A stretch of 63,755 bases of DNA, filler included, from an uncultured bacterium (GTDB lineage Bacteria; Latescibacterota; UBA2968), in NCBI GenBank assembly GCA_964471275.1. It is 2 parts of 2 records of this genome, joined end to end, with 100 filler letters (N's around TTAATTAATTAA, not from the genome) between each part and the next. Parts side by side here need not be neighbours in the genome. Positions count along the whole stretch, not along the records: positions 1 to 31,915 come from CAYYGZ010000021.1; 1 more part is not named here. One strand, 5' to 3'. The notes beneath the pieces are model-generated. The model saw nothing but the letters and a program-made list of their open reading frames with translations, made no database searches and was not told where the DNA came from. Positions 1 through 9,757 of the stretch are shown here, one piece after another (position 1 is the first letter of the stretch; each line of letters begins with the position of its first letter). A program made the translations under genes and the position numbers.

Positions 1-402
1 ATCCGGGTTGTTCGACCAGACCGTCAGTCTGATCCGATCATATTTTTCGTCTTCGGCAATCTGACGTGCACGATCAATGAGGGCGGATCCCACTCCGGTT
101 CTTCTGAATTCCCGTTCGACGGACATCTGATCTATCTCCAGCGTTCTGTCCGCGTGTCGGCAACCGGACTCGTGACGTTCCCGGGTGGTCAGGATCGCAT
201 ATCCGGCCGGGGTATCATCCACGTATGCGACAAGGCCTCGCGCCCCCGACTGAGCGAGTATTTTGCGCACCTCCGAGGCGGCCATCTCGGCATCATAGGG
301 TTTGAACCAATCCGGACGGCGTTCGTGATGGTCAGTCTGCACCGGTCTGCTGAGCGGTGCGATCACGTCGGCCTCCTGTGTCTCTACGATCCGTACCGTC
401 AT
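1..402 (-). CDS. GNAT family N-acetyltransferase (3' end runs off window)
   Basis: Not in ORF track. Manual translation from ATG 402: MTVRIVETQEADVIAPLSRPVQ...LEIDQMSVEREFRRTGVGSALIDRARQIA...IRLTVWSNNPD. Acetyl-CoA motif A (V.REFRRTGVG). ATGA overlap with the upstream gene stop. Confidence 0.85.
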   Translation of the reverse strand, partial: MTVRIVETQEADVIAPLSRPVQTDHHERRPDWFKPYDAEMAASEVRKILAQSGARGLVAYVDDTPAGYAILTTRERHESGCRHADRTLEIDQMSVEREFRRTGVGSALIDRARQIAEDEKYDRIRLTVWSNNPD

Positions 403-1811
403 AGGGCAATCGGCTTCGCCGTGTCGCCTTCCATCGATTCCGGGAGTTGGAACACATTTCCGTCCCGGTCACTGTAGTAGAGGCAAGACTTGGATGCCCG
501 TCGGGCATTGCCGTCTGCCCAGAGTGAATAGAAATCAGGATGCGCATTCACAGGGCTGCGGGCGTAGGTGTGGTTTCGTTCACTGTTCTCGGTCAACTGC
601 TTCGTCCGATTCCACGAGCCGCCCTGATCCGTGTTGACCCACATCGCCATCTCGCCGCCTGGATTGTATGGTTGAGGTCCCGGCTCCGTGGGCGCGATGA
701 TCCGCCAGGTTCCATCCGGTTCGAGATACAACGATCCTGTGTCATAGTTGCTGTCCGATTCGGTGATTGGATTGATCGACCACTCGGATCCCGTCCACTG
801 TGCGATCATCCAGGTTCGCGGACCGTTCTCGGGACCGGACTCGTATCCCTTGCTGACGACATAGAGGATCACGGGTCGGTCCTGGTCGTCGAGCCGAATG
901 TCCTTGAGATAGACTTTGAGGCCCTCTGTAGCGTAGTCGTGGACCCGCGCGTTGTTGTCCGGTGTCGTTACCGGGAGGTCCACGGTTTCCCCTGCGGCGT
1001 TCTGCCAGGACTTTCCGAAGTCGAGTGTCTCCAGGTAATACAGGTTGGTCCGCCAGTTGAGGCCCTGCGGCTCCGGATGGTAGTTGAACCCCGTGCAGCA
1101 CTTCGTTTCCGAATGAATGCTGATCTGATAATGACCTTTGTCAATCGCAGCCAGACGCTGCCATTCTGACCATTCGACACCATTCTCACTGGTCATGAAG
1201 AACAGCGTTCGGTCTGACGGGTCTTTGTAGCGGGTGACGAAAGAGATGAATCCACGGCCCGGAAGATGCCAGGCCTGGAGGTAGGAGAAGTTGTCCATCG
1301 AGACTGGTGAGCCATCGACGAGCATTGTCGGGTTGACGTTTTCGAACGCCTCGACTGAGTAGGGTTCGACGCTACGGTGGATATACGACGGTCGTGACAG
1401 ACCGTGTGAAGTCGAAAATATCCAGATGTAGCCGTCGTCATCGACGGAGATGACGGGGTTGTCGTGTGCATCCGCCGTTTCCTTGTCGAGGAGGATTGTC
1501 GGCCGTGGGACTTCGCCGGTCTTGTGGTCAAAACAACTGACCATATGGATCAAGAAACCTTCCCGTTCGGTGGAGAAGGCTCCGTCGTTGGCCAGTTCAG
1601 CTCTCGAGTGTTTCAGGTGCGCGTCGGGGGGAGTCCCGCCATAGCAGAAGAAGGTCTTGTCGACCTCGGGTCTGTAGACCGCGAAGGGACGGTGCTTTGC
1701 ACAGTAGGTTGCGAGGCCTCCGCTGTATTTGTAGACGTATTCGTCTCCGGATGGCTGGTTGAAGTACCAGATGCCGCGGTACCCGGTGTCTTTTTCGTTG
1801 ATGGTCACCAT
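399..1811 (-). CDS. BNR-4 repeat / sialidase-like beta-propeller protein
   Basis: 470 aa; DAHDNP motif; Asp-box repeats (TSENGVEWS, TLDFGKSW, TDQGGSW); RBS AGGAG upstream. Confidence 0.8.
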   Translation of the reverse strand: MVTINEKDTGYRGIWYFNQPSGDEYVYKYSGGLATYCAKHRPFAVYRPEVDKTFFCYGGTPPDAHLKHSRAELANDGAFSTEREGFLIHMVSCFDHKTGEVPRPTILLDKETADAHDNPVISVDDDGYIWIFSTSHGLSRPSYIHRSVEPYSVEAFENVNPTMLVDGSPVSMDNFSYLQAWHLPGRGFISFVTRYKDPSDRTLFFMTSENGVEWSEWQRLAAIDKGHYQISIHSETKCCTGFNYHPEPQGLNWRTNLYYLETLDFGKSWQNAAGETVDLPVTTPDNNARVHDYATEGLKVYLKDIRLDDQDRPVILYVVSKGYESGPENGPRTWMIAQWTGSEWSINPITESDSNYDTGSLYLEPDGTWRIIAPTEPGPQPYNPGGEMAMWVNTDQGGSWNRTKQLTENSERNHTYARSPVNAHPDFYSLWADGNARRASKSCLYYSDRDGNVFQLPESMEGDTAKPIAL

Positions 1812-1989
1812 CGTGTCTCCTGAACGTGTCTGTTGTCTGCCTCGTCCGTGCTCAAGGTAAGGAATGGACTCGAGACGGCCTAGCGGGTCGAACCTGGCTA
1901 CCGGAGAGGCGGATCTGCTGCGTTGTCGTCAGACGGCGGACAGGGGAGACCGATTCGCGCACGACCTGATGCCGCCGGTTGTGTCCGGT

Positions 1990-3246
1990 CTACGGCAGGA
2001 GTCGCGCCAGGCAGACATCCGTGCGCAGGACGTCATTGTAGTCCGACTGACTCATCAGTCCGGCGTTGATCCCGGATGTGTAAGCATACCAATGTCCGTC
2101 GGTGCCGGTGTGCCCCGGGCTACACCAGTCCCAATGCTCGATGGCCGGCAGCCAGTGAGCGCGTTCCGGGTCCGTTTCAGTGAGCAGGTTGCAGTCGACC
2201 CGTTGACCGTCGTTCTCGAACACCAGCTGGTAGAGCTCGATGGATGGGTCGTACCACCCCGGGATCTCACCTTTAGGATCGGTGGCGACCAGGAGGTGGA
2301 TGCGGTCTCTGGCGTCGTATGAAATCGCTGTCGACTTGCCCCCAGAGAGGTCGAGATCCGGAATTGCCGTCGAGAGATCGATGTTCTCCCAGCCAGTGTC
2401 GGTCTGATGCCACATGACGCCGCGATCCGGGCCCGGCAGCGAGGCAAAGACCCAGACGTGATCGTTCCGGTCGACGACGTGCGTACCGATGCGCATCGTG
2501 GCCTTGGGATCGTCGAAGCAGGAACTGATCCAGCGCGTCGTGTCGATCGTGAGCGGAAAGACGCACGGACCTCCGGCATTTGTCCAGGTATCGCCACCGT
2601 CGTCGGAGGCGATGTGGGTCATCCCCTTCGTCAGACAGTCGAGGTTGACTCCAGACTCGGAGTAATGGAACTGGAACGTGAGATGAAGTCGACCCGTCGG
2701 GCCGATCGTCAACGAATGCATGAAGTGGTTATATCCGGGTGTGGGACTTTCCGCGATAGGGATGGGTGTCTCCCAATTGCCGCCCGGCCGCTTCCGCGTG
2801 TACTGGAGCTGCCAGCGCTCGCCGCGTTCCCGATAGGCGAGATGAAAGGTCCCGTCCCTGTCGATGATGTAGGCGGGATAGCTGTGGTGGGGACCGATCG
2901 GCTCGGGTGAGGACCAGGATGATTCATCGGAAGGATCGTCGCTGTAGCGGTAGAGAAAGTCGCCGTGATGGGCACCAACAAGCGTGTGAAGCCGGCCGTT
3001 CGCGTCGAGCGTGAGTGTCGGACCACAGTGGTTATCGACGCCCTCACCCAGGGAGACGACAGTCTTGAGCCGTCCCGATTCCCCGTCACAGATACCCAGT
3101 CGGATCCTTACCGGTTCATCCTTCGATGCGGGTCCGTCAAGCCACCCGACAATCAGCTCGTCGCCACGCCGAACGAGCTTACGACTGATGTTGTATGCGG
3201 TCGCTCTGTCTGAGCCTTCTGTCGACAGGTTGATGTGGTTTGCCAA
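1990..3246 (-). CDS. BNR-4 repeat beta-propeller protein
   Basis: DNHCGP motif, SDDGGDTW Asp-box. Start at TTG 3246 (GAGGGG upstream) or GTG 3258. Confidence 0.7.
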   Translation of the reverse strand: MANHINLSTEGSDRATAYNISRKLVRRGDELIVGWLDGPASKDEPVRIRLGICDGESGRLKTVVSLGEGVDNHCGPTLTLDANGRLHTLVGAHHGDFLYRYSDDPSDESSWSSPEPIGPHHSYPAYIIDRDGTFHLAYRERGERWQLQYTRKRPGGNWETPIPIAESPTPGYNHFMHSLTIGPTGRLHLTFQFHYSESGVNLDCLTKGMTHIASDDGGDTWTNAGGPCVFPLTIDTTRWISSCFDDPKATMRIGTHVVDRNDHVWVFASLPGPDRGVMWHQTDTGWENIDLSTAIPDLDLSGGKSTAISYDARDRIHLLVATDPKGEIPGWYDPSIELYQLVFENDGQRVDCNLLTETDPERAHWLPAIEHWDWCSPGHTGTDGHWYAYTSGINAGLMSQSDYNDVLRTDVCLARLLP

Positions 3247-3297
3247 TGTACCCCTCACTCGATTGTGTTGGCCAGGCCAGGGAATCTCGATCGCAGG

Positions 3298-3513
3298 TCA
3301 GTCAAGACCTTCGACCCTCTCGTTCCGGTCGCCTCGAAGATAGCGCACAACGTCGGCCGTGTCGAAGACGATAAGGACGACGCGTGCCTCGTAGGAGGCG
3401 AAGTATTAGAGTGGAACAATCCCGTTGGCTGACATCAGGATCCCCATAGAGAGCTGGACCCACAGTGGGAGACGGAACACGTCTCTGCGGAATCTGACGA
3501 CGCCTTGAATCAT
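3298..3513 (-). pseudogene. Remnant of a small membrane-protein gene (in-frame TAA, probable internal deletion)
   Basis: MIQGVVRFRRDVFRLPLWVQLSMGILMSANGIVPL*YFASYEARVVLIVFDTADVVRYLRGDRNERVEGLD*. The frame stays protein-like past TAA 3406-3408. Confidence 0.5.
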
Positions 3514-3650
3514 ACGGATCCCTTCGAGCATGGTTGGCCCGGCTCCCTGTACAGACGTCTGACAGGCCGGTTTGTGTCCGGGGATCGCCTGATACGGTGA
3601 GCAGGTAACCGTGTGCGGGGACCAAGGAGAGGTCAGGCGTTTCCTGCAAC

Positions 3651-4280
3651 TCAATGCGAATCAGGTCCAAGCCTGGGAAGGAATCGCAGCCAGCTGTTCT
3701 GGTATGAATGCAGCTTTGGCAGGTTGCCAACAGGCGCCCAGAAGAGGCGGAAGGTGTGCTTTTCGTCCACGTGAGTCCATTCGGTCGGTGTGTCACCGGT
3801 GTGGCTGAACAAGTAGAAGTGGCGGTTGACATTGTCAGTGACCGTGGATGACGGGACCCATCCGGTGACCTGGTATGAGACATACGGTGGGTCCGCGTCG
3901 AGGTCTCGTTCTGCGTATTCGATGTGAGTGAAGTCGTCGTGTGTGCGCAGCTGCCACACACGGAGTCCCCGCCTGAGCTCTGCCCAAGACGGACTGGAGG
4001 TATCAGGTCGCGTGTAGACGAGCGTTGTCTGATGTATGAGACGCTCATCGAACTCCAGGTCTTCGGGGGCTTCGGCGAGTTTTCGCTCCAGCTTCAATTC
4101 TAAGAGACCCGTCTCCTCCTTCGCCTCTCTGATCGCCGCGTCGGTCGGGTCTTCCCCCGGTTCGACCGTACCTGCGGGGAGCTGGATGCCCACGTGTTCG
4201 AACACGAGCAAGTGCGGCACGTCATTGATTCTGCTGACGATGAAGGTGGTGACCTTGTCCAGTCGGTCCGATTCAGGCAT
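3651..4280 (-). CDS. NUDIX hydrolase
   Basis: Nudix box GTVEPGEDPTDAAIREAKEETGL. Confidence 0.9.
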   Translation of the reverse strand: MPESDRLDKVTTFIVSRINDVPHLLVFEHVGIQLPAGTVEPGEDPTDAAIREAKEETGLLELKLERKLAEAPEDLEFDERLIHQTTLVYTRPDTSSPSWAELRRGLRVWQLRTHDDFTHIEYAERDLDADPPYVSYQVTGWVPSSTVTDNVNRHFYLFSHTGDTPTEWTHVDEKHTFRLFWAPVGNLPKLHSYQNSWLRFLPRLGPDSH

Positions 4281-4965
4281 CTGACGCGTTCATCTCTGTC
4301 AGTGACAGACTTCCATCCCTGTTGGCATACAGCCAGCGCTCGAAGTGGGTCTTGATCCGAGGCCAGTCGGCGTCCAGCATAGCGAACCAGGCCGTGTCAC
4401 GATTTCTGCCCTTGTAGATCAGGTGCTGGCGGAAGGTCCCCTCATACTGGAAGCCGAGCCGTAAGGCAGCCGCTCTCGACCGCGCATTCAGGGCGTCACA
4501 TTTCCACTCCACACGTCGGTATCCGAGCCGATCGAAGGATTCGCACAGCATCAGGTAGATGGTCTCTGTGTTGGTGTTCGATCGCTGAACCGAGGGTGCG
4601 TACCAGATATTTCCGAGCTCGAGCCGCCAGGCATCCGGTACGATATTCAAGTAGCTGACCATCCCGACGGGTGATCCCGACACACGGTCCACAACCTTCA
4701 GAAACAACGGGTCGGTCGAAGAGGCGCACCCCTCAAGCCAGATTGCCATCCCTGATTCTGAGTCGAACGGGCCGTAGCCCATGTACGTCCACAGCGATTC
4801 ATTGCTGGCCGTCCCGTGGCTGACTCTATACAGGTCTTTTCCGTCACTCTGCGGTGCGATAGGGCTCAGCAGAACCGACTGCCCCTCCAATGGATGGCCG
4901 TCGGGTCGAGGCGCGGCTCCGTGCTGGTCGACCGTGTCGCCCGTCAGTAGACTCTGCTCATCCAC
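4273..4965 (-). CDS. GNAT family acetyltransferase (RimJ/RimL-like)
   Basis: LGYRRVEWKCDALNARSRAAALRLGFQYEGTFRQH...KGRNRDTAWF motif. Confidence 0.9.
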   Translation of the reverse strand: MDEQSLLTGDTVDQHGAAPRPDGHPLEGQSVLLSPIAPQSDGKDLYRVSHGTASNESLWTYMGYGPFDSESGMAIWLEGCASSTDPLFLKVVDRVSGSPVGMVSYLNIVPDAWRLELGNIWYAPSVQRSNTNTETIYLMLCESFDRLGYRRVEWKCDALNARSRAAALRLGFQYEGTFRQHLIYKGRNRDTAWFAMLDADWPRIKTHFERWLYANRDGSLSLTEMNASDA

Positions 4966-5497
4966 TGCCCGACTTCTCCTCCTCGAAATCGCGATACATC
5001 AGGCTGGGCTGGATGCCCTTGTTGTCCTGGTGCTTGCCGCTCGAATAGGGTTCGTATTCCCCTTCGATCGTGTGGTAGTAGATCTGGCAAATCTCGACGC
5101 TCGGGTAGATCGTGACAGGCTGGATCGAGAACATTTCGAGTGTCCAGTAACCAGCGAACCCCACATCACCGAACCCGGCCGTGACGTGAACGAACAGGCC
5201 GAGCCTGCCCACCGAAGAACGCCCTTCGAGCATCGGAACCAGATTCTCGGTCTTCGTGTACTCGACCGTTCTGCCAAGGTAGAGTCTGTTTGGTTCCAAT
5301 GTGAACCCAGCATCCGTGATCTGGATTTCACTCGTCCATGCCGCCCGCTTCATGTCAAGCACCGGGTCGTCGTAAACCAGAAGCTCGTTATGCAGGCGAA
5401 GGTTGTAGCTGTTCGGGTTGAGCCGGCTCTCGTCGAACGGATCGATCTCGATATCGCTTCCGATGCGTTCGGCAATTGCCTTGCCGGACAGGATCAC
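4958..5497 (-). CDS. dcd: dCTP deaminase
   Basis: MILSG start, LNPNSYNLRL, EGRSSVGRLG, AGFGDVGFAGYWTLE motifs. Confidence 0.92.
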   Translation of the reverse strand: MILSGKAIAERIGSDIEIDPFDESRLNPNSYNLRLHNELLVYDDPVLDMKRAAWTSEIQITDAGFTLEPNRLYLGRTVEYTKTENLVPMLEGRSSVGRLGLFVHVTAGFGDVGFAGYWTLEMFSIQPVTIYPSVEICQIYYHTIEGEYEPYSSGKHQDNKGIQPSLMYRDFEEEKSGSG

Positions 5498-5515
5498 ATC
5501 ATTCCTCCCGATTGA

Positions 5516-6940
5516 TTAGTGCAGGTAGCTTCCGTATGTCCATTCGTAGTCGCGCGACGATCCCCACGCGCTTTCCCGATAGTGGGTTCTGGAGATCTCA
5601 TCGTGTTCACTCGTCAAGCGGTCCAGCACTTCTCGATCCGTAATTCGATCGTCCGTCTCTACCTGCCACTCCAGGAGGTTCGCCCTCAGTGCGTCTCGAA
5701 TCGCTGCCGTCTCCGGGTCATCGACCCGGTTCTCGAATTCCCACGGATCATTCTGGAGGTCATACAGTTCTTCGCGAGGCGGATTCTGGAATGTCTCGTA
5801 AGCCTGTCTTGTGCGTCTGTCGCTGGCGGCGATCTCCTCAACCGTAGCTCCCGGCTCCCACAGTTGGTCGGGACCGGAATAGAAGGCCGCGTTCGGGTTC
5901 GGTCGATCGGGCGTGTAGTTGACGATCAGCTTGTATCGCTCGCCGCGAACGGATCGCTGCGGATAGTAACACGGCGGGTTCGCACCTGTCCATTCAGCGC
6001 ACAGGTATCCCCGCCAGTCGGTTGGCTTGCCCTTCAGCAACGAGACCTGAGATCGTCCGGAGCACCGCGGCGTTTCGATGTCCAGGATATCGGTGATCGT
6101 CGGCAGGATGTCGACGTGTGATACGAGCTCCTGTCGGACAGCCCCAGCTTCTGCCTGCCCGGGCCAGCGTACGATGTGTGGGACCCTCAGCCCGCCCTCG
6201 TAGCAGCAGGCCTTGCCACGCGAGAACTGGGCGCCGTGGTCGGTTGTGAAGATGACGAGCGTTTCATCGGCCTTGCCGGACGCATCCAGACGGTCCAGGA
6301 GAAGACCGACGCCCGTGTCCAGTCTGCTCATACAGTTGTAGTAGTCGGCAGCGTGCTGCCGCAATCTGGGTGAGTCCACACCCACCTGAGGAAGAACAGA
6401 TACCTCGTCGGCCTCGTAGGGTTTTTCGGGTATGCCGCACTGCTGTCGGAGCAGAGGAAGATGTGCATCCGGATAGGCGACTGTCAGGAAGAAGGGATCG
6501 CTCGAATCTCCGATGAACGTTCCAGCGACATCAGCGATCCGATGGACGTCACGGTTACCGAAGCTGATGAAGTCACGATCGTTCCACCACATATCGATCG
6601 GGAAGTCGGTATCCGGGTTGACGTGGAGTTTCCCGATCAAGCCCGTGCGGTACCCTGTCTGTTTGGCAAGGGTGAAGAGATTAGGGAAGGCCCCGTATTG
6701 TGCGTAGTTGTGCGTGGCGAGTCCGATCTGCCCACACTGGTGGGGATAGAGCCCTGAAAATATGCTCGCCCGTCCGGGACTGCAGACGGATTGCGTGGTG
6801 TGGGCATTCTCGAATCGGACACCCTCGGAGGCGAGGCGATCGATATTGGGTGTTGCGACGTTGGTGTCACCGTAGCAGCCCAGGTGCTGGCCGTTGTCTT
6901 CGGAGATGATCAGGAGGACATTCAAGGTGGAACCTATCAC
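5516..6940 (-). CDS. Sulfatase (Cys-type, N-sulfoglucosamine sulfohydrolase-like)
   Basis: CSPGRASIFSG (CxPxR), GKLH, TDHG, ELYDLQNDPWE. Confidence 0.92.
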   Translation of the reverse strand: MIGSTLNVLLIISEDNGQHLGCYGDTNVATPNIDRLASEGVRFENAHTTQSVCSPGRASIFSGLYPHQCGQIGLATHNYAQYGAFPNLFTLAKQTGYRTGLIGKLHVNPDTDFPIDMWWNDRDFISFGNRDVHRIADVAGTFIGDSSDPFFLTVAYPDAHLPLLRQQCGIPEKPYEADEVSVLPQVGVDSPRLRQHAADYYNCMSRLDTGVGLLLDRLDASGKADETLVIFTTDHGAQFSRGKACCYEGGLRVPHIVRWPGQAEAGAVRQELVSHVDILPTITDILDIETPRCSGRSQVSLLKGKPTDWRGYLCAEWTGANPPCYYPQRSVRGERYKLIVNYTPDRPNPNAAFYSGPDQLWEPGATVEEIAASDRRTRQAYETFQNPPREELYDLQNDPWEFENRVDDPETAAIRDALRANLLEWQVETDDRITDREVLDRLTSEHDEISRTHYRESAWGSSRDYEWTYGSYLH

Positions 6941-7035
6941 GAAAGGCGTAAGAGAACCGGGAACGAATCGATACTGACGGCGTATATTACCGACGTGAAC
7001 AGCCGATTACCATCGAATTGTGACAGAGGAACCGG

Positions 7036-8475
7036 ATGAGTGAGCAGATCGATCGACACGTTGCCGTCTTGCCCCGGGGTGAAGCGGATACCTACCTGTC
7101 CTGGCGGCTTCTGACTGAAGATGGTGCAGCAGAACCCTTTCACGTTGAGCGAGGCAGAGACAACCAGTGGGAACGGGTGAACGCGAAGCCGATCCTGGGT
7201 TCGACGGACTTCTGTGACCACACCCCCGTACCGGGCACATTCGACTACCGTGTCGTGGATGGCAGCGGTCGTGTATCCGAGTCTGTTTCTGTTGACAGCA
7301 GTCTGGATCCGAGCTGCACCGCGATCTCCTTCCCGCTTCGGTACCAACCCGAGCCGTTCCCGATACGGATGGCCACGGGAGATCTGACGAACGACGGTCG
7401 GTATGGTTACGTGATTGTCGAGTCCGAGAACGGACGGATCCAGGTCTGTGCCTACGCACAGGACGGTCGTCATCTGTGGCACTATGACGCCGGCTTGCCG
7501 TCGAACGGTGGCTGGGATGGCAGAACGTGGCACGTGCCGGTCATTATTCTGGATGTTGATGGCGACGACCGTTCGGAAGTCGTGTTTCATCGTGGGCCGG
7601 GAGTTGAGTTCAAGGACAACCGGTATACGGGCGCAGGACCCGACGAGGCGTTGATCTGTGTGGACGGGGAAACGGGAGATATCAAGTGGGAGGTGCCGTG
7701 GCCGGCTCAGAAGGCGCGTGTGATGATGACGGCGGGAAGTCTGAATGGCGACGACGCGCCCTTGAGCATTGTCGTGCTCGATGAGACCTATCGGGATGTC
7801 CGACTGATTTCGCACGACGGGGCGACGGGACAGGTAGAATGGGAGGCCGATCAGGCAAGGGGAGCGGGGCACAACCTGGATATCGATGACATCGACGGGG
7901 ATGGGCGGATGGAGGTGATCTGTGGTGGTATCTGCTACAATCACGACGGGTCCATCCGATGGGAAGCGGAGCCGTTCGGTCACGCGCACTGGTCGTGGAT
8001 CGGGCGCTACGCCGGACACGGCGATCAGCTGATGATTCACGCGGCGGAGAAGGGGAGACTGCTGTATTTCCCGATCTTCACACCTGACGGCGAGGAGTGG
8101 ATGCAGCTGACGAAGCGGCAAGCTCACCGGTTCGCCGCCGTGGGGTGGAATGTGGACGGGACGGTCGCATTTGCCCGGAGAGACGCGTGCCACATCGTGC
8201 GTATCACCGCAGCAGGCGAGGAGGTGGTGATCCCGGGGAGCGATCTGCCAACGGGCTGCAAGTTCGGACGCGTCCAGCTGGCGATGGATCTGGTCGGGGA
8301 TTTCCGGGAGAATCTCGGATGCGTGGATTACGAGTATGGGACGTTCATCGTTGCGCAGAATCCACTGCCGGCTGGATGCAGAGCGCTGTCGCCTACCGGG
8401 GACGCAAACTATCTCCACGAGCGGGCACAGGTGGGGTCAGGCTACTACACGTATATCGCGCCGCCAATGATGTAG
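7036..8475 (+). CDS. Rhamnogalacturonan lyase family 11-like / FG-GAP beta-propeller protein
   Basis: N-terminal YLSWRLL...FHVER domain, DVDGDDRSEV and DIDGDGRMEV Ca-binding repeats, GHNL, DLVGDFRE. Confidence 0.65.
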   Translation: MSEQIDRHVAVLPRGEADTYLSWRLLTEDGAAEPFHVERGRDNQWERVNAKPILGSTDFCDHTPVPGTFDYRVVDGSGRVSESVSVDSSLDPSCTAISFPLRYQPEPFPIRMATGDLTNDGRYGYVIVESENGRIQVCAYAQDGRHLWHYDAGLPSNGGWDGRTWHVPVIILDVDGDDRSEVVFHRGPGVEFKDNRYTGAGPDEALICVDGETGDIKWEVPWPAQKARVMMTAGSLNGDDAPLSIVVLDETYRDVRLISHDGATGQVEWEADQARGAGHNLDIDDIDGDGRMEVICGGICYNHDGSIRWEAEPFGHAHWSWIGRYAGHGDQLMIHAAEKGRLLYFPIFTPDGEEWMQLTKRQAHRFAAVGWNVDGTVAFARRDACHIVRITAAGEEVVIPGSDLPTGCKFGRVQLAMDLVGDFRENLGCVDYEYGTFIVAQNPLPAGCRALSPTGDANYLHERAQVGSGYYTYIAPPMM

Positions 8476-8555
8476 TCCGGGCTTAGCTGGCCGGCGCTAT
8501 TTCGACGTAACCTGTTGTTGTTAATTAAGTTACGAGTTTGACGGGTTGTGTTGAA

Positions 8556-8585
8556 CTGAAAAGTGCCCCCGGGGGTACTTTTCAG
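8556..8585. terminator. Near-perfect 30-bp palindrome between convergent genes (possible bidirectional terminator)
   Basis: CTGAAAAGTGCCCCC/GGGGGTACTTTTCAG, one G-T mismatch. Confidence 0.5.
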
Positions 8586-8643
8586 AATCGCATCATCCCT
8601 GTACCTACCGAAAGCCTCCCGATCCTGCGGCGGTGTGAGTTCC

Positions 8644-9627
8644 TCAGCGGATCCAGGTCGCAGTTGCAGTGCCGATTCCCGTCATTCCGTAACCGTTCCC
8701 GCAGTAGAAGAGTCGCAGCCGGTCTCCTTCATCTAGGATCGAGGGATACTCCACCATCTGTGATTCCCATTCACAGTTCGGATTCGGTGTGAGGCTCAGA
8801 TACTCGTCGCCTGTTCCCCGGTTCCACTCGTATCCGTCGTCGCTGAAGGCCTCCGACATCGAATAGTAGCCCCACCTTGTCCCAATTCCGCAGTAAAGCA
8901 TTCGGTAGATGTTCCCTTCACGCCACACCCAGGGAGCGGCAACTGCTGCATCTTCGCTCGAGATGTTCGGTCTCGGACTGAGGACGACTCTGTGGTCTGT
9001 CCAGCGGAAACCGTCGACGCTGTGGCAGACCGCGCAGTGCTTTTCCTGGTCGACACGGATATCCTCGGGGTCCGGTGATCCCGTCGCGAGGGTGTAGTAG
9101 AGTCTGTAGGTCGTCGAACCATCCGGCTGCAGATCCTCGATAATGGTGCCACCACCTGCGATTCCTTTGTTATTCGGGAACTGCTCGGTCTGGTTGCCCG
9201 TGATCAGCGGGTAGGTGGAATGTCGTTCGAAGCGGATGCCATCCTCGCTTGTGGCGAGGCCTATACCCCAGAAGGATTGTAGACCCGCAGGACTGTCGTC
9301 CCTTCCCGTGTAGTAGAGATGCCAGCGGTCGCCGAATTTCCTGACGAGCGGAAGAACGCACCAGTTGCTGTCGAAGGAGCCGGGTCTACCCAGGTCAAGG
9401 ACGACTCCCTGGCGTGTGAATTCCGTAGGGCGATCGGTCGGAGCCGTCGCGAGACAGATCCGCTGATGTCCATCGTCATCGCCGCCTGAGTAGTAGAGTC
9501 TAAGCTCCCCGTCCACTCGGATTGCCCAGGGATTCATGCAGCGCGAGGAATCGTAGTCACTGTCCGGGTTGGGAGGCAGTACGGGGTTTTCGGGATCCCG
9601 AAGCCAATCGAGGGGGCTGATTCTCAC
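8644..9627 (-). CDS. Five-bladed beta-propeller glycosidase-like protein (GH32/43/130-like fold)
   Basis: Repeated NPVL...LYYSG...I.LATS.DG units, ending LFYCGNGYG.TGIG. Confidence 0.75.
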   Translation of the reverse strand: MRISPLDWLRDPENPVLPPNPDSDYDSSRCMNPWAIRVDGELRLYYSGGDDDGHQRICLATAPTDRPTEFTRQGVVLDLGRPGSFDSNWCVLPLVRKFGDRWHLYYTGRDDSPAGLQSFWGIGLATSEDGIRFERHSTYPLITGNQTEQFPNNKGIAGGGTIIEDLQPDGSTTYRLYYTLATGSPDPEDIRVDQEKHCAVCHSVDGFRWTDHRVVLSPRPNISSEDAAVAAPWVWREGNIYRMLYCGIGTRWGYYSMSEAFSDDGYEWNRGTGDEYLSLTPNPNCEWESQMVEYPSILDEGDRLRLFYCGNGYGMTGIGTATATWIR

Positions 9628-9757
9628 AGTTCTTCTCCCAGTGTTTCAGCGGACTTCCCGTGAACGGCCAGAATATGCCGGTTGACGATCGAGAATGACA
9701 GGAGCCCACGTACCTACAGGGAACCTTCGCTGTGAACGCTCTAGTCAGGAGGCCACG

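Noticed and set aside
6937..8418. Long antisense ORFs (493 aa here; also 16987-18204, 26695-27828, 56922-58151, 58356-59687, 59745-61460)
   Set aside because: They are shadow frames opposite well-supported genes in GC-rich DNA and carry no recognisable motifs.
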